The position numbers were made by a program, and so were the translations under genes. 64,000 bases of DNA from an uncultured Propionibacteriaceae bacterium (GTDB lineage: Bacteria > Actinomycetota > Actinomycetes > Propionibacteriales > Propionibacteriaceae), in assembly GCA_964585085.1 (NCBI GenBank), contig CAZPCM010000001.1, positions 29,500 to 93,499 on the forward strand. The letters are read 5' to 3'. Below are positions 24,018-33,207 of the stretch, piece by piece. How positions within the stretch are numbered: position 1 is the first letter of the stretch; every line of letters begins with the position of its first letter. The notes beneath the pieces are model-generated. The model did not search any database, had not been told where the DNA came from, and saw only the letters and a list, made by a program, of their open reading frames with translations.

Positions 24018-26276
24018 TCAGGAGGTGGCTTCCACAACGAACAGCACTGCGTGGTCGGGATTGATCGGAGCGTGCATCAGGCCGACTCCGGACAGCAGGC
24101 TGCCCGGCAGGTCGAGCCCCGCCGAGTCGCCGACGGACGCGAACCGGGGGGCGTGCCCGGCGGCCAGTTCGGCGAGTTCGTCCTCAACCACTCGCTCGAT
24201 GCCCCACCATCGCGGTGGGAGCAATCCGGTCGGCGCCTCGCCGAGCAGCAGCGGGGTGACCCGGTAGCGGCGCTCGGGATCCAGCCCCGGGAACCGCAGC
24301 CGGCCGAGCAACGCCACCTCGGAACGATCGACGCTGGCGAAGGAGTAGATCGCACGGCTGCGATCCGAGGCGAGGACCGCCGAGGCGGTCAGCGACGGGT
24401 CGGGGAAGTCGATGCGGAGGAGGTCCCCGCCGAGCAGCAGGTCGCGGTGCTCCTTGTAGAACGTGACCCACTGAGCCAGTTCGGCCAGGTCCGTCGCCGA
24501 AGCCCGGCGCAAGTCCCACTCGATCCCGAGGTGACCGAAGATCGCCGTCCCGGCCCGGAAGTTGAGGTCATGGGTGCGGCCGGTGGTGTGCGACTTCTCC
24601 GAAGCGATATGGGAACCCATCATCTCCGGCGGGATCAGCTGGCCGGTCCAGCGCAGCATCATCTGTCGCTCGTGCGGGTCGATGCAGTCCGACACCCACA
24701 CGCGCTCGGTGCGTTGCAGGATGCCGAGGTCGACGCGTGCGCCGCCGGAGGAGCAGGACTCGATCTCCAGCCCGGGATGGGCCGCCTTGATTTCATCAAT
24801 GAGTCGGTAGAGCGCCTCGGTCTGGGCATGGACGCCGGGACGGCCCTGCGGCTGCGTGCCGGCGTCGATGAGGTCGCGGTTGTGGTCCCACTTGAGGTAG
24901 GAGATGTCGTATTCGGCGAGGATCGCGAAGATCGCGTCCCGGATGTAGGCGTAGCACTCGGGGATGCCGAGATTGATCACGTGCTGGTGTCGCGACAGCA
25001 CCGGGAGCCGATCCCCGGTGGCCATGACCCAATCCGGGTGCGCCCGGGCGGTGTCGGAGTCGAGGTTGATCATCTCCGGCTCGAACCACAGCCCGAACTC
25101 CATGCCGAGTTCTTTCACCTTGTCAACGAGCGGATGCAGGCCGTTGGGCCAGACGTCGCCGGAGACCCACCAGTCGCCCAGGCCGGCGAAGTCGTCGCGC
25201 CGCGAGCCGAACCAGCCGTCGTCCAACACGTAGCGCTCGACGCCGACCGCCGCCGCCTTCTCGGCCAGTTCGATGAGCGGCGCCAGGGTGTGGTTGAAGT
25301 AGACGGCCTCCCAGACGTTGATGGTGACCGGTCGCTTGGACGACGGGTGGCCCGGACGCGAGCGAAGGTAGCGGTGGAAGCGCCGGGCGACGGCGTCCAG
25401 GCCGAGGCCGTAGGAGCCGTACAGCCAGGGTGTGGTGTAGGTCTCACCCTCGCCGAGGATCACTTCTCCGGGCAGCAGCAATTCACCGCCACCGATCAAC
25501 TGCTCGCCGGTGGACAGCCGCTCGGCGTAGTGGGTGTGGTTGCCGCTCCAGCCGGTGTGCACCGCCCACACCTCGCCTTCGGCGAAGGAGAACCCCGGCG
25601 TCCCGGCATGCAGCACGGTCGCGGCGTCCGGCCCGGTGCGGCCCTTGCGCCCCTCACGCAGGTGAACACCGACGGTGAAGTCCCGGCGTTGAGGGGCGCG
25701 CTCGCGGCCCCAGCGACCGGCCAGGTCGAGCAGCTCACGGGCCACCGGCGGGACCGGGTAGGCAAGCACCAGGTCGTCGAGGGTGTAGGAGTCCGCGGCC
25801 AGGTTGGTGACCTCCGCCTGGGATCGCAGCACGCCGCCGGGAAGCAGTTCGATGCGCACCGACAGGCCGAGCTGGGCGGACGCGTCGATGGCGTCCACCT
25901 CGACCAGGGCGCAGCCGGCGGTGACCAGGGACGGCTGCCCGTCCCCGGGGGCCACCGCGTCGCCGTCGAGCCGCACCGCGGTCGTGGTGAACTTCGGCGA
26001 CCAGTCTCGGCCTCCGCGTGAGCCGCTGATCCCGGGACGGCCGACCCAGCCCGTCCAGTGCTCGGGCAGCACGGACACCCGGACCGGGTCGTCGACCAGG
26101 TTCGGGGCGATGGGGTGGACGCCGGCGCGGATGAGGGCGACGGCGTCCTCGGCGGCGACGTCCCCCACGTCGGCGCCCCAGTGGACGATGGCGGGCAGTT
26201 GGCCGTCGGTCAGGTCGAGGACGACACCCACCCCCTCGGAGCGCAGGACGATGCAGGTGTTCACGGGCGTGGCCAT
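24018..26276 (-). CDS. Alpha-galactosidase, GH36
   Basis: NVWEAVYF, ERYVLDDGWFG, FGLWFEPEM, YLKWDHNR, IESCSSGGARVD and WVSDCID motifs; 752 aa. Confidence 0.93.
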   Translation of the reverse strand: MATPVNTCIVLRSEGVGVVLDLTDGQLPAIVHWGADVGDVAAEDAVALIRAGVHPIAPNLVDDPVRVSVLPEHWTGWVGRPGISGSRGGRDWSPKFTTTAVRLDGDAVAPGDGQPSLVTAGCALVEVDAIDASAQLGLSVRIELLPGGVLRSQAEVTNLAADSYTLDDLVLAYPVPPVARELLDLAGRWGRERAPQRRDFTVGVHLREGRKGRTGPDAATVLHAGTPGFSFAEGEVWAVHTGWSGNHTHYAERLSTGEQLIGGGELLLPGEVILGEGETYTTPWLYGSYGLGLDAVARRFHRYLRSRPGHPSSKRPVTINVWEAVYFNHTLAPLIELAEKAAAVGVERYVLDDGWFGSRRDDFAGLGDWWVSGDVWPNGLHPLVDKVKELGMEFGLWFEPEMINLDSDTARAHPDWVMATGDRLPVLSRHQHVINLGIPECYAYIRDAIFAILAEYDISYLKWDHNRDLIDAGTQPQGRPGVHAQTEALYRLIDEIKAAHPGLEIESCSSGGARVDLGILQRTERVWVSDCIDPHERQMMLRWTGQLIPPEMMGSHIASEKSHTTGRTHDLNFRAGTAIFGHLGIEWDLRRASATDLAELAQWVTFYKEHRDLLLGGDLLRIDFPDPSLTASAVLASDRSRAIYSFASVDRSEVALLGRLRFPGLDPERRYRVTPLLLGEAPTGLLPPRWWGIERVVEDELAELAAGHAPRFASVGDSAGLDLPGSLLSGVGLMHAPINPDHAVLFVVEATS

Positions 26277-26330
26277 GGTTTCCTCTCGGGATGGTGCTGG
26301 CGTTGGTGCGGTGCTGGTGGGTGCTGGTGG

Positions 26331-27440
26331 TCAGGGTGTAAGGGTGATCGCCGGGTCAGAGGCGTTCCGACCCGCGGGCTGGTAGGGGCAGCCGCAGGAG
26401 CTGCGGATGACCACGTCGGTCTTGAGCTCGACGTGTCGGCCCTCGGAGTCCAGCGGGAGACGGACCAGGTCCATCGCTGCCGCCGCCATCTGGGCGAGGG
26501 GCTGCCGGGCGACGGTGAGCGGCGGCCAGCAGTATTCGCTCTCCATGGTGCCGTCGAACGCGACCACAGCCACGTCCTCGGGGATGCGGAGACCCTGCTC
26601 ATGGATCGCCCGGAGCAGGCCGATCGCCAGTTGGTCGGAGGTGGCGAAGATCGCCTCGGGGCGCGGGTCCAGCGCCAGCAACTCCAGGCCGCCGGCGTAA
26701 CCGCCTTCACGGCTGAACGGCACATGCACCGTCGGGCCCAGGGGTAGGCGAGCCGTGCGCAGGGCGTGCTGCCAGCCCACGTCGCGCGGATCGGGGTGGC
26801 CGTAGCCGGATTCCCCGACGATGATCCCGATCCGTCGAAAGCCGTGGACGTCGATGAGGTGCGCCACCAACTCGTACGCGCCCTGCTCAGCGGTGGAACC
26901 CACGGTCAAACGCCCGGGAACCGGACCTGGGCAATCGATGAGGACCAGTGGGACGCCTCGGGCGTGAGCCCAGAACGACGGATCGGAGCGGGCCGTGTCG
27001 CTGGCCAGGAGCAGGCCGTCGACCTGGCGAGCGACCAACTCCTCGACCAGCTCCTCGGTGCTCGCGTCGTGACAGGAGTCGGCAACGAGCAGTCGCTGGC
27101 CCGTCGCTGCAGCCGCCCGGACCAGCTCGGAGGTGTACTCGGTGAAGAAGGGGTTCAGGCTGTCGGCGACGATCAGGCCCAGGATCTCGGTCGTGCCGCG
27201 GCGGAGCGCGCGTGCCGAACTGTTGGGGCGGTAGTCGAGCAGCTTCATGGCTTCGCGCACGCGCATCGCCGTCTGCTCGGCGACGGGACGGGGACCGTTG
27301 TTGAGGACGTAGCTGACGACGGCGGTGCTGACCCCGGCCAACCGGGCCACCTCGGCCCGAGTCACTCGTCGCCGAGGCGGACGCGGCGCCGACGCGGGCC
27401 GCTCCACGAGCTGACGCGCGGCGGTGGCTTCGGAACTCAT
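26331..27440 (-). CDS. LacI-family transcriptional regulator
   Basis: TRAEVARLAGVSTAVVSYVLNNGPRPVA helix-turn-helix; VAFDG and PPLTVA motifs. Confidence 0.95.
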   Translation of the reverse strand: MSSEATAARQLVERPASAPRPPRRRVTRAEVARLAGVSTAVVSYVLNNGPRPVAEQTAMRVREAMKLLDYRPNSSARALRRGTTEILGLIVADSLNPFFTEYTSELVRAAAATGQRLLVADSCHDASTEELVEELVARQVDGLLLASDTARSDPSFWAHARGVPLVLIDCPGPVPGRLTVGSTAEQGAYELVAHLIDVHGFRRIGIIVGESGYGHPDPRDVGWQHALRTARLPLGPTVHVPFSREGGYAGGLELLALDPRPEAIFATSDQLAIGLLRAIHEQGLRIPEDVAVVAFDGTMESEYCWPPLTVARQPLAQMAAAAMDLVRLPLDSEGRHVELKTDVVIRSSCGCPYQPAGRNASDPAITLTP

Positions 27441-27475
27441 GTGGCACCCCCCGGTTCTGTTCGACCGGTAGGAAT

Positions 27476-27576
27476 CTACACCAATAGATAGTGCCTGTAA
27501 ACCGGGATTCCGGGCTCTCTGCGCCTAAGAAATGATCTCGGATTGCCCCTTGCGTAGGAAGGGTCTACTCGTGTAG
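27476..27576. promoter_or_regulatory. Two candidate LacI operators, CTACACCAATAG (27476-27487) and CTACTCGTGTAG (27565-27576)
   Basis: Imperfect CTAC-N4-GTAG palindromes in the divergent intergenic region between the LacI gene and the ABC operon. Confidence 0.55.
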
Positions 27577-27642
27577 CGTTCCTGAACAGCAACCGCCGAA
27601 CCCCGTCGCAGAGAGCGCCGGGCTGATCCCAAAGAAGGGAAT

Positions 27643-28599
27643 GTGGTGACCGCGAAACCCGCCGAGCCTTCCGTGCGCAAAGGACCCGCGACGTCGGGCC
27701 GCACAGCCAAGACCAGATCGACAGCACCCGCCTCACGGTCCGACCTCAAGACCGCCTTGGTCTTCATCGCACCGGCGGCGATCGGCTTCCTGGTCTTCTA
27801 CCTCTACCCCAGCATCCGGGGCTTCTACTTCAGCCTCACCCAGTACAACCTGCTGGGCCAGCCCAAGTTCATCGGCTTCGACAACTTCACCAAGCTGTTC
27901 GCCGACAAGCTCTTCTGGAACTCACTGCTGGTCACCGGGGAGTACGTCCTGCTCAACATCGGCTTCCAGACGGTGCTCGCCGTCGGACTGGCCGTCCTCA
28001 TGCACCGGCTGACCAAGTCGACGATCCTGCGCGGCGCGCTGCTGATGCCGTGGCTGATCTCGAACGTCATCGCGGCCATGCTCTGGTTCTGGCTGCTGGA
28101 CTACCAGATCGGCCTGGTGAACATGTTCTTCGAGACGGTGGGCATCCCGAAGATCGCCTTCTTCGGCGACGAAACCTGGGCCATCCCGACGATCGCGTTC
28201 GTCAACGTGTGGCGGCACATGGGCTACACCGCCCTGCTCGTCTTCGCCGGCCTGCAGACCATCCCCGAGTACGTCTACGAAGCGGCCTCCCTCGACGGCA
28301 GCGGCGAGTGGTCCTCGTTCTGGCGGATCACGCTCCCGCTGCTGCGCCCGGTGCTGGCCCTGGTGCTGGTGATGACCGTCACCGGCTCGTTCCAGGTCTT
28401 CGACACCGTCGCGGTCACCACCAGGGGCGGACCGGTCAACGCCACCCGGGTGATCCAGTACTACATCTACCAAAAGGGCTTCGCCGAAGGGCAGTTCGGT
28501 TACGCCAGCGCCCTCTCAGTGATCCTGTTCGCCATCCTCGCCTTCGTCGCGTTCGTCCAGATGCGCCTGCTGCGCGCTGGCGAATCGGACCTCGCCTAG
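27643..28599 (+). CDS. Carbohydrate ABC transporter permease
   Basis: Multiple transmembrane segments; EAA motif YEAASLDGS; FQVFD motif. Confidence 0.93.
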   Translation: MVTAKPAEPSVRKGPATSGRTAKTRSTAPASRSDLKTALVFIAPAAIGFLVFYLYPSIRGFYFSLTQYNLLGQPKFIGFDNFTKLFADKLFWNSLLVTGEYVLLNIGFQTVLAVGLAVLMHRLTKSTILRGALLMPWLISNVIAAMLWFWLLDYQIGLVNMFFETVGIPKIAFFGDETWAIPTIAFVNVWRHMGYTALLVFAGLQTIPEYVYEAASLDGSGEWSSFWRITLPLLRPVLALVLVMTVTGSFQVFDTVAVTTRGGPVNATRVIQYYIYQKGFAEGQFGYASALSVILFAILAFVAFVQMRLLRAGESDLA

Positions 28600-28608
28600 G
28601 AGCCCGCC

Positions 28609-29532
28609 ATGTCCGCCGCCACCACCACCATGTCCGAGACCGCCACGACCAAGCGCCGCAAGCTCAGCCCCGGACGGATCGCCGCCTGGACAGCGCTGAT
28701 CGCGATCCTGCTGCTCTCGCTGTTCCCCTTCTACTGGATGATCCGCACCGCGTTCTCCACCACCCGCTCCCTGCCGTCCGATCCGGGGTCGCTGCTCCCG
28801 GTCGACTTCACCTGGGGCGCGTTCAAGCGGGTGCTGGGGCTGTCCTCCACCGAGCAGGCCATCGCCGAGGGCGGCTCAGGCGCCTCGGTCAACTTCTGGC
28901 TCTACCTACGCAACTCGCTGATCTACTCCACGCTGGTCACCTTGGGCCAAGTGATGTTCTGTTCGCTGGCCGCCTACGCGTTCGCCCGGCTCCAGTGGCC
29001 CGGACGCGACAAGGTGTTCGCCCTCTTCCTGTCCGCCCTGCTGGTGCCGCCGATCTTCACCAGCCTGCCCAACTTCATCCTGATCAAGAACATGGGGCTG
29101 CTGAACACCTGGCCGGGCCTGATCGCGCCCAGCTTCCTGATGACCCCGTTCGCGATCTTCTTCATGCGCCAGTTCTTCCTCGGCATCAACCGCGAGATCG
29201 AGGAGTCGGCCGCCATCGACGGGGCCGGACGATGGCGCATCTTCTTCCAGATCGTCGTCCCGATGAGCACCGCCCCGATCGCGACGCTGAGCATTCTCAC
29301 CTTCATCGGCACCTGGAACGACTACTTCTGGCCGCTGCTGGTGGGCAACGCCGAGGGGACCAAGGTGCTCACCGTCGCCCTGGGTGTCTTCCGCTCCCAG
29401 ACCCCGCAGGGTGCCCCCGACTGGGCCGGCCTAATGGCCGCCACCCTGGTCGCGGCGCTGCCCGTCCTCATCCTGTTCTTCGCTGCCGGCAAGAAGGTGG
29501 TCAACTCCATCGGCTACTCCGGCATGAAGTAG
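28609..29532 (+). CDS. Carbohydrate ABC transporter permease
   Basis: EESAAIDGAG EAA motif; WNDYFWPL motif. Confidence 0.93.
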   Translation: MSAATTTMSETATTKRRKLSPGRIAAWTALIAILLLSLFPFYWMIRTAFSTTRSLPSDPGSLLPVDFTWGAFKRVLGLSSTEQAIAEGGSGASVNFWLYLRNSLIYSTLVTLGQVMFCSLAAYAFARLQWPGRDKVFALFLSALLVPPIFTSLPNFILIKNMGLLNTWPGLIAPSFLMTPFAIFFMRQFFLGINREIEESAAIDGAGRWRIFFQIVVPMSTAPIATLSILTFIGTWNDYFWPLLVGNAEGTKVLTVALGVFRSQTPQGAPDWAGLMAATLVAALPVLILFFAAGKKVVNSIGYSGMK

Positions 29533-29573
29533 CTCTACCGACTCTCACTACATCCCTAGGAAAGGAAACACCA

Positions 29574-30923
29574 GTGGGCAACAAGTCCAAGCTGGCAGCA
29601 GTGGCAACCGCTGCGGCCATGGCTCTCACCCTGACGGCCTGCGGCGGCGCCGAAACCCCGCAGGCCAGCGGCAGCGCCGCCGGCGCAGCCTCCGGAACCG
29701 TCAGCTACTGGCTCTGGGACGCGAACCAGCTCCCCGCGTACCAGGCCTGCGCCGACGCGTTCACCAAGGCCAACCCCGACATCAAGATCGAGATCACCCA
29801 GGCGGGCTGGGACGACTACTGGACGAAGGTCACCAACGGCTTCGTCGCCGGGACCGCCCCGGACGTCTTCACCGACCACCTCTCGAAGTACCCCGAGTTC
29901 ATCTCCCAAGGCCAGCTCGAACCGCTGGACGACGTGAAGCTCGACACCTACCAGCCGGGTCTCGCCGACCTCTGGGTGGGCCAGGACGGCCAGCGCTACG
30001 GCGTGCCGAAGGACTTCGACACCGTCGCCATCTTCTACAACAAGAAGCTGGTGAAGGACGCCGGCATCGATGAGGCGTCGCTCCAGACCATGGCCTGGAA
30101 TCCGGACGACGGTGGCACCTACGAGAAGCTGATCGCCCACCTCACCGTCGACGCCAACGGCAAGCGCGGCGACGAGTCCGGCTTCGACAAGAGCAAGGTG
30201 AAGGTCTACGGTCTCGGCCTCGACGGCGGCTCCGGCGGCGCCAACGGCCAGACCCAGTGGAGCATGTACACCGGCACCACCGGCTGGACCGTGACCGACA
30301 AGAACCCGTGGGGAACCCACTACAACTACGATGACGAGCGCTTCCAGAAGACCCAGGCGTGGATGTACAGCCTGATCCAGAAGGGCTACATGCCGTCCCT
30401 GGCCGCGACCACCGGTCAGAGCTCGGCCGACATCTTCGGGGCCGGCAAGTACGCGATGATCACCCAGGGCTCCTGGATGACCAGCACCTTCTTCTCCTTC
30501 AAGGGCATCGAGACCGGCCTCGCGCCGACCCCGGTGGGCCCGTCCGGCAAGCGCGCCAGCATGTACAACGGTCTGGCCGACTCCATCTGGGTGGGCTCGA
30601 AGAACAAGCCGGCCGCGAAGAAGTGGGTCGAGTACCTCGGCGGGGCCGAGTGCCAGAAGATCGTGGGCAGCAAGGCTGTCGTGTTCCCGGCCGTCCCGAC
30701 CGGCACGGACGCCGCCGAGGCCGCGTTCAAGGCCAAGGGCATCGACGTCACGGCCTTCCTGGTGCATGTCAAGGACCAGACGACCTTCCTGTTCCCGATC
30801 ACCGACCACGCCTCCCAGGTCGGCGGCATCATGCAGCCGGCGATGGACGCGGTGTACTCGGGGAAGGCTCCGGCGTCCTCGTTGACCGAAGCCAACACCC
30901 AGGTGAACGCCCTGTTCGGCTGA
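29574..30923 (+). CDS. Carbohydrate ABC transporter substrate-binding lipoprotein
   Basis: GTG 29574 after AAGGA; lipobox LTLTAC; YWLWD, PDVF and YNKKL motifs. It is the 3' part of the listed 28050-30923 ORF. Confidence 0.9.
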   Translation: MGNKSKLAAVATAAAMALTLTACGGAETPQASGSAAGAASGTVSYWLWDANQLPAYQACADAFTKANPDIKIEITQAGWDDYWTKVTNGFVAGTAPDVFTDHLSKYPEFISQGQLEPLDDVKLDTYQPGLADLWVGQDGQRYGVPKDFDTVAIFYNKKLVKDAGIDEASLQTMAWNPDDGGTYEKLIAHLTVDANGKRGDESGFDKSKVKVYGLGLDGGSGGANGQTQWSMYTGTTGWTVTDKNPWGTHYNYDDERFQKTQAWMYSLIQKGYMPSLAATTGQSSADIFGAGKYAMITQGSWMTSTFFSFKGIETGLAPTPVGPSGKRASMYNGLADSIWVGSKNKPAAKKWVEYLGGAECQKIVGSKAVVFPAVPTGTDAAEAAFKAKGIDVTAFLVHVKDQTTFLFPITDHASQVGGIMQPAMDAVYSGKAPASSLTEANTQVNALFG

Positions 30924-30977
30924 GCCTCTCCGCTGTCGTGGGCCTGGTGCGCACTCACCCGGCCCACGACAGCCCGC

Positions 30978-31040
30978 TCTACCTCTACTCCCCCACCTCT
31001 CTCCCCCCACCCCTACTCCCCTACCTCTCTCCCCCCACCA
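30978..31040. repeat. C/T-rich intergenic tract with a 16-bp direct repeat ACCTCTCTCCCCCCAC
   Basis: Copies at 30995-31010 and 31023-31038; no G on the + strand from 30978 to 31040. Confidence 0.8.
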
Positions 31041-31069
31041 CTCAGCACCCGGAGGAAAGAACGTCCCCC

Positions 31070-32236
31070 ATGATCGACACCGCACCGCTCTCCCGGTTCT
31101 TCCAGGCGGCCTTCGGCGCCGCGCCGTCCGGCTTCTGGGCCGGTCCCGGCCGGGTCAACCTGATCGGTGAGCACACCGACTACAACGACGGGTTCGTCCT
31201 GCCGTTCGCGATCGACCGCTGGGCGGTGGCCGGGTTGCGGCTGCGGTCGGACCGGACGATCCGGCTGGCGACCGACTTCGTCGACGGCATCGTGACCGCC
31301 GACCTCGACTCCATCGGCACCGCACCGGTGTCGGGGTGGTCGGCCCACCCGCTGGGGGTGGTCTGGGCTTTGGGCGAGTTCGGCGCTGACCTGGGCTCGG
31401 TGCCCGGCTTCGACCTGGCTCTGACCTCAGACGTCCCCGTGGGGGCCGGGTTGTCGTCCTCGGCGGCGATCGAGAGCGCGGTGGGGATGGCCCTCAACGA
31501 CGCGTGGGCGCTGGGTCTGGACCGTCGGACGCTGGCCCGGGTCGGCCAGCGGGCCGAGAACGTGGTCGTCGGCGCCCCGACGGGGATCATGGACCAGTCG
31601 GCGTCCCTGCTGGGCGAGCCGGACTGCGCAGTGTTCCTGGACTGCCGCACCCTGGACGCCGAGGTCGTCCCCCTGGGCCTGGCCGACACCAGTCTGGAGG
31701 TGCTGGTCGTCGACACCCGCGTCAGCCACGCGCACGCCGACGGCGGGTACGGCTCCCGCCGGGCCGCCTGCGAGGCGGGGGCCCGCGCGCTGGGCGTACC
31801 CAGCCTGCGGGAGGTCTCGGTGGCCGACCTGGATCGGGCCCGCGAGATTCTGGACGATGTCACCTTCCGCCGGGTGCGGCACGTGGTGACGGAGAACCAG
31901 CGGGTCCTGGACACCGTCCAGCTGCTCCGCACCGCCGGCCCGCGTGCGATCGGCGACCTGCTGGACGCCTCGCACGCCTCGATGCGTGACGACTTCGAAA
32001 TCTCCACCCCCGAACTCGACCTGGCCGTCGACACTGCCCGCGCGCACGGGGCGGTCGGGGCCCGGATGACCGGCGGCGGCTTCGGCGGCTGCGCGATCGC
32101 CATCGTCCCCGCCGTGGCCATCGGCACGGTGACCCGGGAGGTCGAGGCGGCGTTCGACGCTGCCGGGTTCACCGCGCCTCGGGTGTTCACCGTTCGCGCG
32201 GTCGCGGGCGCGGGCGCACTGGAGGTGACCGCATGA
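31070..32236 (+). CDS. galK: Galactokinase
   Basis: ATG 31070 after GGAGG; GPGRVNLIGEHTDYNDG, VPVGAGLSSSAA and GARMTGGGFGG GHMP motifs. Confidence 0.95.
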   Translation: MIDTAPLSRFFQAAFGAAPSGFWAGPGRVNLIGEHTDYNDGFVLPFAIDRWAVAGLRLRSDRTIRLATDFVDGIVTADLDSIGTAPVSGWSAHPLGVVWALGEFGADLGSVPGFDLALTSDVPVGAGLSSSAAIESAVGMALNDAWALGLDRRTLARVGQRAENVVVGAPTGIMDQSASLLGEPDCAVFLDCRTLDAEVVPLGLADTSLEVLVVDTRVSHAHADGGYGSRRAACEAGARALGVPSLREVSVADLDRAREILDDVTFRRVRHVVTENQRVLDTVQLLRTAGPRAIGDLLDASHASMRDDFEISTPELDLAVDTARAHGAVGARMTGGGFGGCAIAIVPAVAIGTVTREVEAAFDAAGFTAPRVFTVRAVAGAGALEVTA

Positions 32237-33207
32237 GAAGCACCTGGCTGGTCACCGGCGGCGCCGGCTACATCGGGGCCCACGTGGCCCGGGTCTTCGC
32301 CAAGCGCGGATTCGGCGTCGTCGTGGTGGACGACCTGTCGAGCGGGCACCGCGAGTTCGTGGCACCGGGTGTCCCGTTCGTCCAGGGCTCGATCCTGGAC
32401 GGCGCCCTGCTGCGTGCGACCTTCGCCGAGCACCCGATCGAGGGCGTGATCCACATCGCCGGGTTCAAGTACGCTGGCGAGTCGGTGAAGCGCCCGCTGC
32501 ACACCTACCGGCAGAACGTGGTCGGCACCATGGTGCTGCTGGAGGAAATGCAGCGGGCCGGGGTCGACAAGATCGTGTTCTCCTCCTCAGCCGCGGTGTA
32601 CGGCACCCCCGACGTCGACCTGGTCACCGAGGACACTCCCAAGAACCCGCAGTCGCCCTACGGTGAGTCGAAGCTGATCGGCGAGTGGCTGCTGGCCGAC
32701 CAGGGCGTGGCCGCCGGGCTCGCGCACACCTCGCTGCGCTACTTCAACGTGGTCGGCGCGGGCTACCCCGAGATCTACGACACCAGCCCGCACAACCTGT
32801 TCCCGTTGGTCTTCGACGCCCTGCTCACCGGCCGCACCCCCAGGATCTTCGGCGACGACTACCCCACCCCCGACGGCACCTGCGTCCGTGACTACCTCCA
32901 CGTCCACGACCTCGCGGTTTCCCACGTCGCTGCCGCCGAGCGGCTGACCGCCGGGGACACCCTCGCCCCCGCCTACAACCTGGGCAGCGGCGCCGGCGTG
33001 TCGGTCGGCGAGATCATGACCACCATCGCCGAGGTCACCGGCATCGGCTTCACACCCCAGGTCGCCCCACGCCGTCCGGGAGACCCGCCCCGGATCGTCG
33101 CCAACGGCGACCAGGCCGCCCGCGACATCGACTGGACGATGCGCCACACCCTGGCCGAGATGGTCGCCAGCGCCTGGCAGGCCCGCCGGAAGGGAGACGA
33201 CCGGTGA
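32233..33207 (+). CDS. galE: UDP-glucose 4-epimerase
   Basis: TGGAGYIG, FSSSAAVYG, YGESK, LRYFNVVG and GTCVRDYLHV motifs; 4-nt overlap with galK. Confidence 0.95.
   Translation: MRSTWLVTGGAGYIGAHVARVFAKRGFGVVVVDDLSSGHREFVAPGVPFVQGSILDGALLRATFAEHPIEGVIHIAGFKYAGESVKRPLHTYRQNVVGTMVLLEEMQRAGVDKIVFSSSAAVYGTPDVDLVTEDTPKNPQSPYGESKLIGEWLLADQGVAAGLAHTSLRYFNVVGAGYPEIYDTSPHNLFPLVFDALLTGRTPRIFGDDYPTPDGTCVRDYLHVHDLAVSHVAAAERLTAGDTLAPAYNLGSGAGVSVGEIMTTIAEVTGIGFTPQVAPRRPGDPPRIVANGDQAARDIDWTMRHTLAEMVASAWQARRKGDDR

Noticed and set aside
28050-29573. 5' extension of the 957-aa ORF 28050-30923
   Set aside because: It overlaps two permease genes; the real start is GTG 29574 with a ribosome-binding site and lipobox.
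30359-31069. 5' extension of the 625-aa ORF containing galK
   Set aside because: It is off-frame overlap with the binding-protein gene plus intergenic DNA; galK starts at ATG 31070.
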